From contig NC_135823.1 of assembly GCF_964213995.1 (NCBI RefSeq), positions 496,001 to 560,000 on the forward strand: 64,000 bases of DNA, read 5' to 3'. Every line of letters begins with the position of its first letter. The stretch's first letter is position 1. The stretch comes from Mustelus asterias. Lineage: Eukaryota. The position numbers and the translations under genes were made by a program. Below, piece by piece: positions 11,501-21,479 of the stretch. The notes below the pieces were generated by a model. The model was not told the DNA's origin and made no database searches. It was given only the letters and a program-made list of their open reading frames with translations.

Positions 11501-14500
11501 TCGCAAATCCACCAACCTTTGTGTCGTCTGCAAACTTACTAACCAATCCAGTTACATTTTCCTCCAAATCATTTATACAGATTACAAACAGCAGCGGTCC
11601 CAGCACTGATCCCTGAGGAACACCACTTAGCACAGCCCTCCATTCAGAAACGCACCCTTCCACTGCTACCCTCTGTCTTCTTTGACCGATGTGGAGATGC
11701 TGGCGTTGGACTGGGGTAAACACAGTAAGAAGTTTAACAACACCAGGTTAAAGACCAACAGGTTTATATGGTAGGAAAAGCCACACAAGCTTTCGGAGCT
11801 CCAAGCACCTGAAGGGGCTTGGAGCTCCGAAAGCTTGTATGGCTTTTGCTACCAAATATACCTGTTGGACTTTAACCTGGTGTTGTTAAACTTCTTACTG
11901 TGTTCTTTGACCGAGCCAGTTTTGTATCCACTTTGGCAGCTCACCTCTGATCCCATGCGACTTCACCTTCAGAACCAGTCTGCCATGAGGGACCTTGTCA
12001 AAGGCCTTACTGAAGTCGATGCAGACAAGATCCACTGCCCTACCCTCATCAATCATCTTTGTCACTTTCTCGAAAAACTCGATCAAGTTCGTGAGACACG
12101 ACCTCCCGTTCACAAAACCTGCACATCTTTGGACACTAAGGGGCAAATTAGCATTGCCAATCCACCAAACCCAAACATCCTTGGAGTTTGGGAGATAACA
12201 GGAGCACCCGCGGGAAACCCGGTGTAACTGAATGGGATTGGAGTAGAGAGAGACGAAGGGATGAATAAATGGTTCACCGCCATGCTGTGATAGAGTGCGA
12301 CACTGGGGATATCATGACACATTTCAATTTTACACACTGACAGATTGGTCGCTGACCTTCAGACACATAACGGTGTCTTAGCCAGATAAAAGAAGTGGGA
12401 GAGAGGAAGAGGCCATTCGGTTTATCTCGTCTGCGCTGCCGTCCAATAACACCATGGCTAAGCGTGTACATAAACATCACTTTCCCGCCCTTTCTCTTAC
12501 CCATTAATCTATCCCTTCTGGCGAAAGTGTTTCAGTGATTAAACATCCACGGCTATCTACGGTAGCGAAGAAGAGTTAAAATATCGGAAAACGAAACTGG
12601 GAGGGCTGTGATAGGGCCGTTGTGATTTAGATCTTAATGGAGATGCCCGCAGAGACATTTGTAATTTACAAAGTTGGACTGCTCTCAGTAAAGTGTCCCG
12701 TTAACATTAAATAGATTGAAAAATGGTCATTGTGAATAGCTACCTCTCTGAGATGAAACACTTTCACTGAGAATACTTTCACTGGAGTTGACCTGAACGG
12801 CGCATGTACAGCGAGCGCCGCTTCTCCAAGTTCCCGCCGGGAGGTTGATGTAACTCCTGACGGTGTAGGTCCCGTCCGGCTCCAGTGTCCCTGAATCGGT
12901 CAGTCCCTCGGGATCCCGTCCCGAAACATTCCAGCGGACGTGAAAGGAACCGGGAGACACGCCTCTGACCAAGCACAACAACGGGACTCTTTCCATGGCG
13001 GAAGTCTCATCCAGCGGTGGAGCGAGGAGGAATATGGTGGGAGAACCCGCTAAATCCGGCAAAACAAAAGGGGAACTCATTGACAAATGGAACAGGCCAC
13101 ATTAATTGCTCTGAGATACCACACCAATGGAATAACAATGGAATTTACCTGTAATCACTAACTTGGAGCCGTTTCCGAATATTTGGGCCATGTTCTGGGA
13201 ACTGCGGGTTGCACAGTAATACATTCCAGAATCATTTATCCGGGAATCCGCAATGATTAGTGTATAAATACGCCCTTTTTCAGAAATCTCGCTGGAAAAC
13301 CTCCCCTCAGCTACGTTGTTCTGGAACGCTCTGTAAACGAAATCCATTTCGTTTCTCTCCCTCTGTCTGTACCAGAGGACATGTATAGCAGCTTGACCCT
13401 GGATGCGGCAGCTGAGATGAACAGGACTCCCAGCAGGGAGAGTCTGAACCGGCGGAGATTGGGACAAATTGGTCTGAGACACTGTACCTGGGAAAGAGAG
13501 AGAGAGAGAGAACAACAGTCACCTCAAGTTACGGAGCATTCCCTGAAGACAACCAACTGAAAGCCAATTGGGAGTAAACCTCAAACCAGCCTTCCATCCA
13601 TTGACACTTCCCGCTGTATCGGGAAAAGCAGCCAGCATAATTAAGGACCCCACGCACCTCGGACATTCTGTCTTCCACTTTCTTCCGTCGGGAAAAAAGA
13701 TACAAAAGTCTGAGGTCACGTACCAACCGACACAAGAACAACTTCTTCCCTGCTGCTGTCAGACTTTTGAGTGGACCGACCTCACACAAAGTTGAGCTTT
13801 CCCTACACCATGATTATGATGGTAACACGACATTCTGCACTCTCTCCTTTCCTTCTCTGTGTTCGGTATGCTTTGGCTGTATAGTACGCAACAAACAATA
13901 AATTTCATTCTATAGTAATACACGTGACAATGATAAATCAAATCAAATGAAATCACAGAAATGCCCAATTCAGAAAAAAAATCGCACCACTAAAATCGTT
14001 CTTATTATGGTGTTAGTTGCCCCATTTTCCTCCTCCCTTTCGAAAGGTACAATATCAGTCCATTCACCAGTAAACCTGGTTTAAACACTGGGGAGGGGGC
14101 ACATGGGAACTGTGTGATGTTAATCACAGAGAGAGCTTCAGTGGAATTAGGTTTTTCAACTATTGCTTACATCCCGTGTCTCTCCTTATACAAAAGCAAA
14201 TGACTGGGGATACTTGAAACTGAAAACAAAAACAGAAATGCTGGAAAACCTCAGTCGGGTTACGGGAATTGTGATCAGTGCCGACTCGATGAGCCAAGTG
14301 GCCTCCTTGAGCACTGAACAAACTGACTCTATGATTCTCGGTCTATGAGCATCAGTGGAGAGAGAATAGACCCGACGTTTCGAGCCTGGATGACCCTCGG
14401 TCAGAGTTCCATTGCCTCTCCGCCGATGCTCTCAGAATCCTAGAATCATAGAATCCTTACAGTGCAGAAAGAGGCCGTTTGGTCCATCGAGTCTGCACCG

Positions 14501-15506
14501 ATCATAATCCCTCCCAGACCCGATTCCCGCAAACCCAAATATTTACACTGCTAATCCCCTGATACGAAGGGGCAAATTAAAATGGCCATTCAACCTAACC
14601 CGCGCTTCTTTGGACTTTGGGAGGAAAGCGGAGCACCCGGAGGAAACCCACGCAGACACGGGGAGAACGTGCACACTCTGCAGACAGTGACCCAAGCCGG
14701 GAATCCAAGCCAGGTTCCTGGCGCTGTGATGCAGCAGTGTTAACCACTGTGACGCTGAGATGTTCCAGCATTTTCTGTTTTGCTTCGTTTCTTCTTCTCC
14801 TCCGTTGACTTTGGCCGTTAAAGTGTGTTCAAAAGTTTATAACTGACTCTGATGTTCTACTTGGAATGCTTTCTCTCCAAAGTGGCCAATATTGTTAACG
14901 GAGGCGATTCACACAGCATATCTCAGGAGAAATGGCAATTCGGATTAATTCCATTCTAACCATTGTTATTAACATTTGTTGCATTGTTAAGTTAAACTTG
15001 CACGCCAAATCACACCTTATAGCATCGCAGAAGACGGGGTCGGGGGCGGGGGGGGGGAGGGGGGCGGTGGGGGGTGGGGGGGGGGGGGGGTGGGGGGGCG
15101 GCGGTGGAGAGGCCGTTCGGCCCTTCGACTATGTGTTGAATCTTTGAAAGATTTCGCAAATGTTACTCAATTTTCCCCCTTTAAATATGCACCCAATTCC
15201 CCCATTTTGAAAGTTCCAATTCCCCCGTTTGAAAGTTCCTGTTGAATCTGCTTCCTCGGCCCTTTCAGGCGGAGCCTTGCAGATCACAACAACTCAGATG
15301 GGTTAAAAAAAACTCCCCTCATCTCCCTCTCTGTTATTTTTACCGAATTCTTCAATCCATGTTCCGTTGGCTCCAGACACTCCTACCAATGGAAACATTT
15401 TCTGCCTCTTCGCTCTATCTAAGTCCTTCTCCACTATATCTGAGTATAATGAGGATATCTCACCCTGAAAGAGATGGAACAGTGCACAGATACCGAGGAA
15501 AATCAT
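5545..15506 (-). CDS. Gene A: non-rearranging VJ-C1 immunoglobulin-superfamily type I transmembrane receptor with cytoplasmic TxYxxL motif; 6 coding exons (15464-15506, 13149-13487, 12744-13049, 8571-8690, 8375-8433, 5545-5589), 303 aa
   Basis: All introns are GT..AG with compatible phases (1,1,1,1,0). Exon lengths 43+339+306+120+59+45=912 nt form one open frame: [107 protein letters not shown]. Every exon has a homologue in gene B. Confidence 0.88.
5870..7710 (-). mobile_element. Two CR1 LINE fragments in gene A intron 5
   Basis: ORF 6119-7078 RT ([25 protein letters not shown]) plus a second 3' fragment at about 7260-7710. Confidence 0.9.
7711..8176 (+). mobile_element. Rex1/Babar LINE 3' end
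   Basis: Same 3' sequence as 1-836, with (ATCAA)n tail. Confidence 0.75.
8375..8433 (-). CDS. Gene A exon 5, cytoplasmic [20 protein letters not shown]
   Basis: Acceptor CTCTTTCTGACAG|GA, donor GAG|GTGAAT; 59 nt, the same length as the gene B homologue (shared DEE). Confidence 0.82.
8571..8690 (-). CDS. Gene A exon 4, stalk with Cys, uncharged transmembrane helix and basic stop-transfer
   Basis: Acceptor CTTTTCGCAG|AT; [40 protein letters not shown]; donor AGAG|GTAGCG; 120 nt; homologue at 49623-49700. Confidence 0.88.
8958..9270 (-). mobile_element. HE1-type V-SINE
   Basis: V-SINE core plus CR1-derived tail. Confidence 0.7.
10180..10610. repeat. Tandem array of about 52-bp V-SINE-derived unit
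   Basis: Repeats of CCAATCCACCTAACCTGCACATCTTTGGACACTAAGGGGCAATTTAGCATGG. Confidence 0.85.
10610..12115 (-). mobile_element. CR1 LINE RT fragment interrupted by a Penelope-like insertion
   Basis: ORFs 11895-12146, 11427-11723, 11176-11445 and 10856-11197 are consecutive CR1 RT pieces. Confidence 0.9.
11690..11902. mobile_element. Short palindromic Penelope-like insertion
   Basis: Inverted pLTR arms; 12-bp TSD TTCTTTGACCGA at 11678-11689/11903-11914. Confidence 0.8.
12744..13049 (-). CDS. Gene A exon 3, C1-set Ig domain
   Basis: Acceptor GGATTTAG|CG after a 99-nt intron; [40 protein letters not shown]; donor AGAG|GTAGCT; 306 nt. Confidence 0.95.
13149..13487 (-). CDS. Gene A exon 2, V-set domain with germline-joined J-like segment ([10 protein letters not shown])
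   Basis: Acceptor CTCTTTCCCAG|GT, canonical Cys, WYRQ, GRFS, DSGMYYC, FGxG and donor ACAG|GTAAAT; 339 nt. Confidence 0.95.
13587..13953 (+). mobile_element. Rex1/Babar LINE 3' end in gene A intron 1
   Basis: [15 protein letters not shown] and (ATCAA) tail. Confidence 0.75.
14437..14750 (-). mobile_element. HE1-type V-SINE
   Basis: Head, core and (TTCTATGA)-type tail. Confidence 0.75.
15464..15506 (-). CDS. Gene A exon 1, signal peptide [14 protein letters not shown](G)
   Basis: ATG at 15506, hydrophobic 14 codons plus a phase-1 G, donor CAGG|GTGAGA; homologous leader in gene B. Confidence 0.85.
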
Positions 15507-15700
15507 TTTCCTTGCGCCAGGCCGTGAGACTGTGAGCCACCGATGCGAATCCCACAGATATCTCGCTCTTGTTCTCTCTGTGTGGGGGAGGTGTGAAATA
15601 TGCGCACTGTGTATATGAATGAAAACACGACTGGGGTTTGAAAATAGAACCGAGGTAGGGAGCTCTCTGCGGTTTTCCTGTTTACTGTCGGTCCAAGTGC
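15507..15700 (-). promoter_or_regulatory. Putative promoter/5'UTR of gene A with T-box, RUNX, ETS and forkhead-type motifs
   Basis: AGGTGTGAAA at 15589-15598; TGCGGTT-TTCCTG-TGTTTAC composite at 15668-15685; partly conserved upstream of the gene B leader (about 52320-52460). Confidence 0.5.
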
Positions 15701-17654
15701 TGGCGTGCATTCGGCATGTTCTCCAAATGCCTCAAATATCTACTCACATCAGTTACACCAGACATGGAGTGCAGAGCACGGTTCTTCCTAATCTGGTAAG
15801 GATTCCCAGGTAATGGAAAAGGTGCAGTTAACATTTCACAACTAATGATGCCAGAAATGAGAGCGTATAACTGTCAATGAGTCTTGAGGAGGTTGGAGCA
15901 ATTTTTCTGAAAAAAAATTGAAAATTGAGGGCTGATCCACAGAAACATTTACAATTATGAAATGGTTCAACAAGGCAGAAGTAGGATTTCAAGTTATTGC
16001 AGGATGAGTTTGTCGCCAAGCAGGAATTCAGGACAAAATTGTATTTTGGAAGAACAAAGAACAAAGAACAAAGAAAATTACAGCTCAGGAACAGGCCCTT
16101 CGGCCCTCCAAGCCTGCACCGATCATGTTGCCCGACTTAACTAAAACCCCCTACCCTTCCGGGGACCATATCCCTCTAGTCCCATCCTATTCATGTACTT
16201 GTCAAGACGCCCCTTAAAAGTCCCTACCGTTTCCGCTTCCACTACCTCCCGCGGCAACAAGTTCTAGGCACCCACTACTCTCTGTGTAAAAATCTGTAAG
16301 AATGGGCAGAATATGGAACTCGGTTGTTTAGGGAATGCTTTTGATTTGATTTGATTTATTATTGTCACATGTATTGGGATACAGTGAAAAGTATTGTTGC
16401 TTGCGCGCTATACAGACAAAGCTTCCCATTCATAGAGTACATCGATTTAATTTATTATTGTCTCCTGTATTGTGATACAATTAAAAGTCTTCTTTCTTGC
16501 ACGCTATACAGACAAAACATACCGTTCATCGAGAAGGAAACGAGAGAGTGCAGAATGTAGTGCCACAGTCATAGCCAGAGTGTAGAGAAAGATCAACTTA
16601 ATGCAAGGTAGGCAAATTTTTCGTTGTATAGTAACACATGTGACAATAATAAATCAAACCAAATCAAATTGAAATGTGCCGATTAAAAAAAATCGCACTG
16701 TTAAAATCGCTCTGAGTATGGCATTAGTTACCGCAATTTCCTCCTCACTTCCGCTTGAGATGAATGAGAAAGAAGTATTTTAATTGGGCAGCTGGATAGA
16801 CAGGAAGGAGAAAAAGGAGTAGAAGGATGTGTTGGTGGGGTGATAGAAAGAAGGAATGAGGTACCTCTGGAACATTAACAACAGCTGGTAGGCCGAATGG
16901 TGCCAAACTGTATTGTGCTTTTTATGTAATCGTGTTAGAGAAACATGAAATCAAATTTATGCGGAGGCCATCCTTTAATATCCTGATATGTGAGCAGTTA
17001 ATGCTGCCTCTTTGCTTTGTCTGGGTTGCAACAGGACGTGGTCCACGTTATTTCACTGAGATTACAGTCGCCTTGCTTAATGTCGAGCCTGGCCGAACAT
17101 AGGGTGTCCACAGGCTCTTTGTAGCCGGTGATATGTTTTTGCAAATGCATTTAGATTTGAAATGTAAGAGATTCAGTCAGATTCACGTAAAACAGGATGC
17201 CGAAAACTGACAATTGATAAAGACTTGATAAGTTGACTTATAGAATCATGAAACTCCTATGGTGCAGAAGGAGGGCCATTCATAGAGTCATCGAGGTTCA
17301 CAGCATGGAAACAGGCCCTTCGGCCCAACTTGTCCATGACGCCCTTTTAAAAAAAAACCCTAAACTAATCCCAACTGCCTGCATTTGTCCCATATCCCCC
17401 CCTCCCCATTGTACCCAGGTAAATATCTAAATGGTTTTTAAAAGACAAAACTGTACCCGCCTCTACTGCTACCTCTGGCAATCTGTTCCAGACACTTGCC
17501 GCCCTCTGTTTGAAATAATTGCCCCTCTGGACACTTTCCTATCTCTCCCCTCTCACCTTAAACCTATGCCCTTTCATCCAATTGAGCCTGCATCTCCAGC
17601 AATCCCACACACGTGCTGTTGCTGTGACCCCAAATATTTAGTTTGCCATTTCCC

Positions 17655-18070
17655 CTGGCAGTAAGAGGCAATTTAGCATGGCCAATCCACCTGACTTGCA
17701 CATCTTTGGACGTTAAGAGGCAATTTACCATGGCTAGTCCACTTAACCTGCACATCTTTGTCCACTGAGGCGTAATTTAGCACGGCCAATCCACCATCCT
17801 GCACATCTTTGGACACTTAAGAAGAATTTAGCGTGGCCAATCCACGTAACCTGCACATCTTTGGACACGAAGGGGCAATTTACTATGATCAGCGCATAGA
17901 AACTTCACATCTGTGGACACTACGGGGCAACTCAGAATGGCCAATCAGACAACCATATTTGGACAGTAAGGGGCAATTTTGCATGACGAATTCAGACTAT
18001 CTGCACATCTTTGGACACTAAGGGGCAGTTAAGCATGGTCAATCCACTTAACCAGCATATCATTGGACAT
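17655..18070. repeat. Tandem array of about 52-bp V-SINE-derived unit
   Basis: About 8 degenerate units. Confidence 0.8.
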
Positions 18071-19446
18071 TGGCATTTAAACTTACAGCGTTCTAATTTA
18101 CAGATACTGTCCCAGATACCTCGATCACCATTTTAATTGATTCTTGTTGAGTCTTTTGACAAATCCTCTTAAATCGATGCCATGTCGCTCTCGATATTTT
18201 GCCCTTTTCTACAAATACGTATTTGGTCTTTTTTGCAGAAATGACAAATGGTGACAGAATACAGAAACAGACAAGGCTCTAAACTCCAAAGTAATAAAAA
18301 AGTAACGCGATTTGTTGTGTTTAAGCTAATCTACGTCCTTTACCTTAATATCGGCAGCTGGTCATAAGAGAATGGGAGAGTAATAATCTTTGTTTATCAT
18401 TGTGCTTCTAGAAAGTCAGCACATCCTTTGCTGTGTGAAAAACCTGTTTTATACTGATAAACAATCCTATTTCAATAGCAGTTTCCTATCATCCAAGACC
18501 ACCTCTACATATGCTCAGTGGTGGCACTTGCTGTCGACTGTATGATGGCCAGTTGACATTCATGATTAACCAGGGTCAGAATCCCGCCTTCCATCTCCAG
18601 GGAGAAGAACAGGTGCAAAGTGGATTGACTCCATTCTGTTCCTCATATCAGCTCGTTCACAATCCCTGTGTGGATCCCTTTGGAACTGATTGCTCTGGCT
18701 CTCCCCAAATTCATGTTGCTTACTAATAACGTGCATTAAGTTAGATATATGGAATTCAGGAATCCTGGGACGGAATAGATCGGAATAAGGAGGCGATGGA
18801 GACTGAGGGGATAGGGGGGCGGCTTGATTGAGATGTATAAAATTATGTGGGGCACAGATAGAGGAGACGGACAGAAACGTTTTAATTGTATTTATTAGTG
18901 CAGAAGTAGGCTCACATTACACTGTAATAAAGTAACTGTGAAAATCCTCTCATCGCCACACTCTGACGCCCGTTCGGGTACACTAAGGGAAAATTTTGCA
19001 TGGCCAATGCACCGAACCAGCATGTTATTCGGATTTTGGGAGAAAGCCGGAGCACCCGGAGGAAACCCAGGGAGACAGAGAGAGAATGTGTAGACTTCGC
19101 ACAGACAGTGACCCAAGCTGGGAATTGAACACGGGCCCCTGCCACTGAGAGGCAGAAATGCTAACGATCATGCCACCGTGCCACCCGATTTTCCTTGGTG
19201 GGAGGATCAATGAACAGGGGGCATGCATTTAAGGTAAGGGACAGAATGTTTGGAACCATAGAATCCCTACAGAGCAGAAGGAGGCCATTCAGCCCACAGA
19301 GCCTGCTCCGACTCTCTGAAAGAACATCTGTACCGAAATCTATTTTCAGATATTTTTTCATGTTTGAATCAAGGCTGGAATGAAGTCGTCCTTGACTAAG
19401 ACTGGGAGAACCCAAACTGAGAGCCAGCGAGCAGGTTATTGCTGGA

Positions 19447-19790
19447 CATAGAATCATAGAAATAATAGAAACCCTACAGTGCAGAAGGAGGCCATTCGGC
19501 CCATCGAGTCTGCACCGTCCACAATCACACCCAGGCCCTACCCCCACATATTTACCCGCTAATCCCTCTAACCTATGCATCCCAGGACTCTAAGGGGCAA
19601 TTTTGAACCAGGCCAATCAACCAAACCCGCACATCTTTGGACTGTGGGAGGAAACCGGAGCACCGGGAGGAAACCCACGCAGACACGAGGAGAATGTGCA
19701 AACTCCACACAGACAGTGACCCGAGCCGGGAATCGAACCCGGGACCCTGGAGCCGTGAAGCAGCAGTGCTAACCACTGTGCTACCGTGCC
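19447..19790 (-). mobile_element. HE1-type V-SINE, near full length
   Basis: GGCACGGTAGCACAGTGGTTAGCAC head through the GATTCTATG tail. Confidence 0.85.
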
Positions 19791-19804
19791 TCTTACATGC
19801 ATGG

Positions 19805-20330
19805 ATTCGATTCGATTTCATTTACTATTGTCACATGTATTAGTACACATTGAAAAACATATTTTCTTGTGCGCTATACAGGCAAAAAATACCGTACAAA
19901 TGGAAGGAAAGGAGAGAGTGCAGAATATAGTGTTACAGTCATAGCTAGGGTGTAGAGAAAGATCAACTTAATACGAAGGAGGTCCATTCAAAAGTCTGAA
20001 GGGAGCAGTGAAGAGTCAGTTGGTCCGTGACCTCAGACTTTTGTTGCATTTTCCAGATGGAAGAAGGTGGAAGAGAGTATGTCCGGGGTGCGTGGGGTCC
20101 TTGAATTATGCTGGCTGCTTTTCCGAGGCAGCGGGACTTGCAGAACGTGTCAATGGATGCAAGGTTGGTTTAAATGTTGGACTGGACTTTATTTACACTT
20201 GGTAGTTTCTTGCAGTCTTGAGCAGAGCAGGAGCCACACGAAGCTGTGATACAACCAGAAAGAATGGTTACTGTGGTGCATCTGTCGAATTTGGTGACAG
20301 TTGTAGCTGACATGCCAAATTTCCTCGCAA
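19805..20330 (-). mobile_element. Rex1/Babar LINE 3' fragment
   Basis: RKFGMSATTVTKFDRCT..ILSGCITA..CSAQDCKKL. Confidence 0.8.
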
Positions 20331-20944
20331 TGTCAATAATCACGGATGATGGAGAGGACATTTATGGGGTGATAATGAACTCAGTTGGATTTGTCCTTTG
20401 AATAATGTACAGGACATACCTGAGAAATTTTCGACATTACCAAAGGAACAGAATGGGGTCAATCCACTTTGCACCTGTTCTTCTCCCTGGAGATGGAAGG
20501 CGGGATTCTGTGTTATTGCTGTACCTAAACACGGATAACTGCTCAATTATCAGCTGAATGGGGCTGGGGATACATGGCAATTAGCTGGTGTTTTCCTTTT
20601 CCATGTTTGACCAAATGTGAATTGATGGGATCAGGAGTCGATAGAGAGTATTCCCAGGGCTACTCACTCCCGGCTGGCTACCACATGGCCGCCATCTTAG
20701 CTAGCTATGTCCTGCTGGAGCAGAACGTACGCTGGAATGGCGATGGTGGGGATTACTGACATTGGGAGATGTGAAAGCTTGATGTGAAAAGAAGACGATT
20801 TGCTACAACGTGGCAAGTGAAATGAATAATCGCCAATTTACAAGATGGAGTAGTGTGTGGAATTGTTCATATAACTTGGAAGAATAGACAATCTGAATAT
20901 GTTTGCGTGCACTTCTACAAGGAACTTTGCAAATTCGCATCTGG

Positions 20945-21293
20945 CCTCTGTTAAGGTCAAACCAAATATGCAAACTCAAATAAAATCAGGACAAAGTAAA
21001 AGGAGCAGCTCCCCAAAAGGAGGGGGAACAGCCCGAATAAAAATCGAAGTACAAAGGAAAGTTAAGAACATCAAATCATAATGTGGTTATTAGGGTCGAT
21101 AACGCACCCCAACCCCTGCGGTGCCGAATGGGCGCGGAAGACGTCAACTGCACCCGTGGACACCGCATGCTCCCTCTCCAGGGACGCGAACGTAGCCGCG
21201 GTAGAGGGGCAGACAGTCAGGATGGACGGCCCCGTCGATCGCCCGCTGCCTGGATCTGTAAATGGCACGTTTCGCCAGGCCCAGGAGCAGGTC
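20945..21293 (-). mobile_element. 5'-truncated Tx1-like (L1 clade) retrotransposon with 16-bp TSD
   Basis: DLLLGLAKRAIYRSRQRA..CLPLYRGYVR/SLEREHAVSTG..NNHIMI* resembles a Tx1 ORF2 C-terminus; perfect TSD GCAAATTCGCATCTGG at 20929-20944/21294-21309. Confidence 0.75.
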
Positions 21294-21479
21294 GCAAATT
21301 CGCATCTGGATGCTGGAAACAATTAGGAATTCAGGAATGATATTCAGTATGTATTGCTCCAATTGTACAGGATGTTATGTGGTTACTCCTGGAATGATGT
21401 GTCCAGTTTTGAACTCCAAATTTAAGGAAGGATATACTTGCTCTAGAGGCGGTGCAGTTAATGTCCTTTTGAAAATTAG

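Noticed and set aside
12744-13487. Gene A as a rearranging TCR/Ig segment or a germline-joined IgL
   Set aside because: No heptamer/nonamer found; C1 is followed by an uncharged TM and tyrosine-motif exons that are conserved in the paralogue
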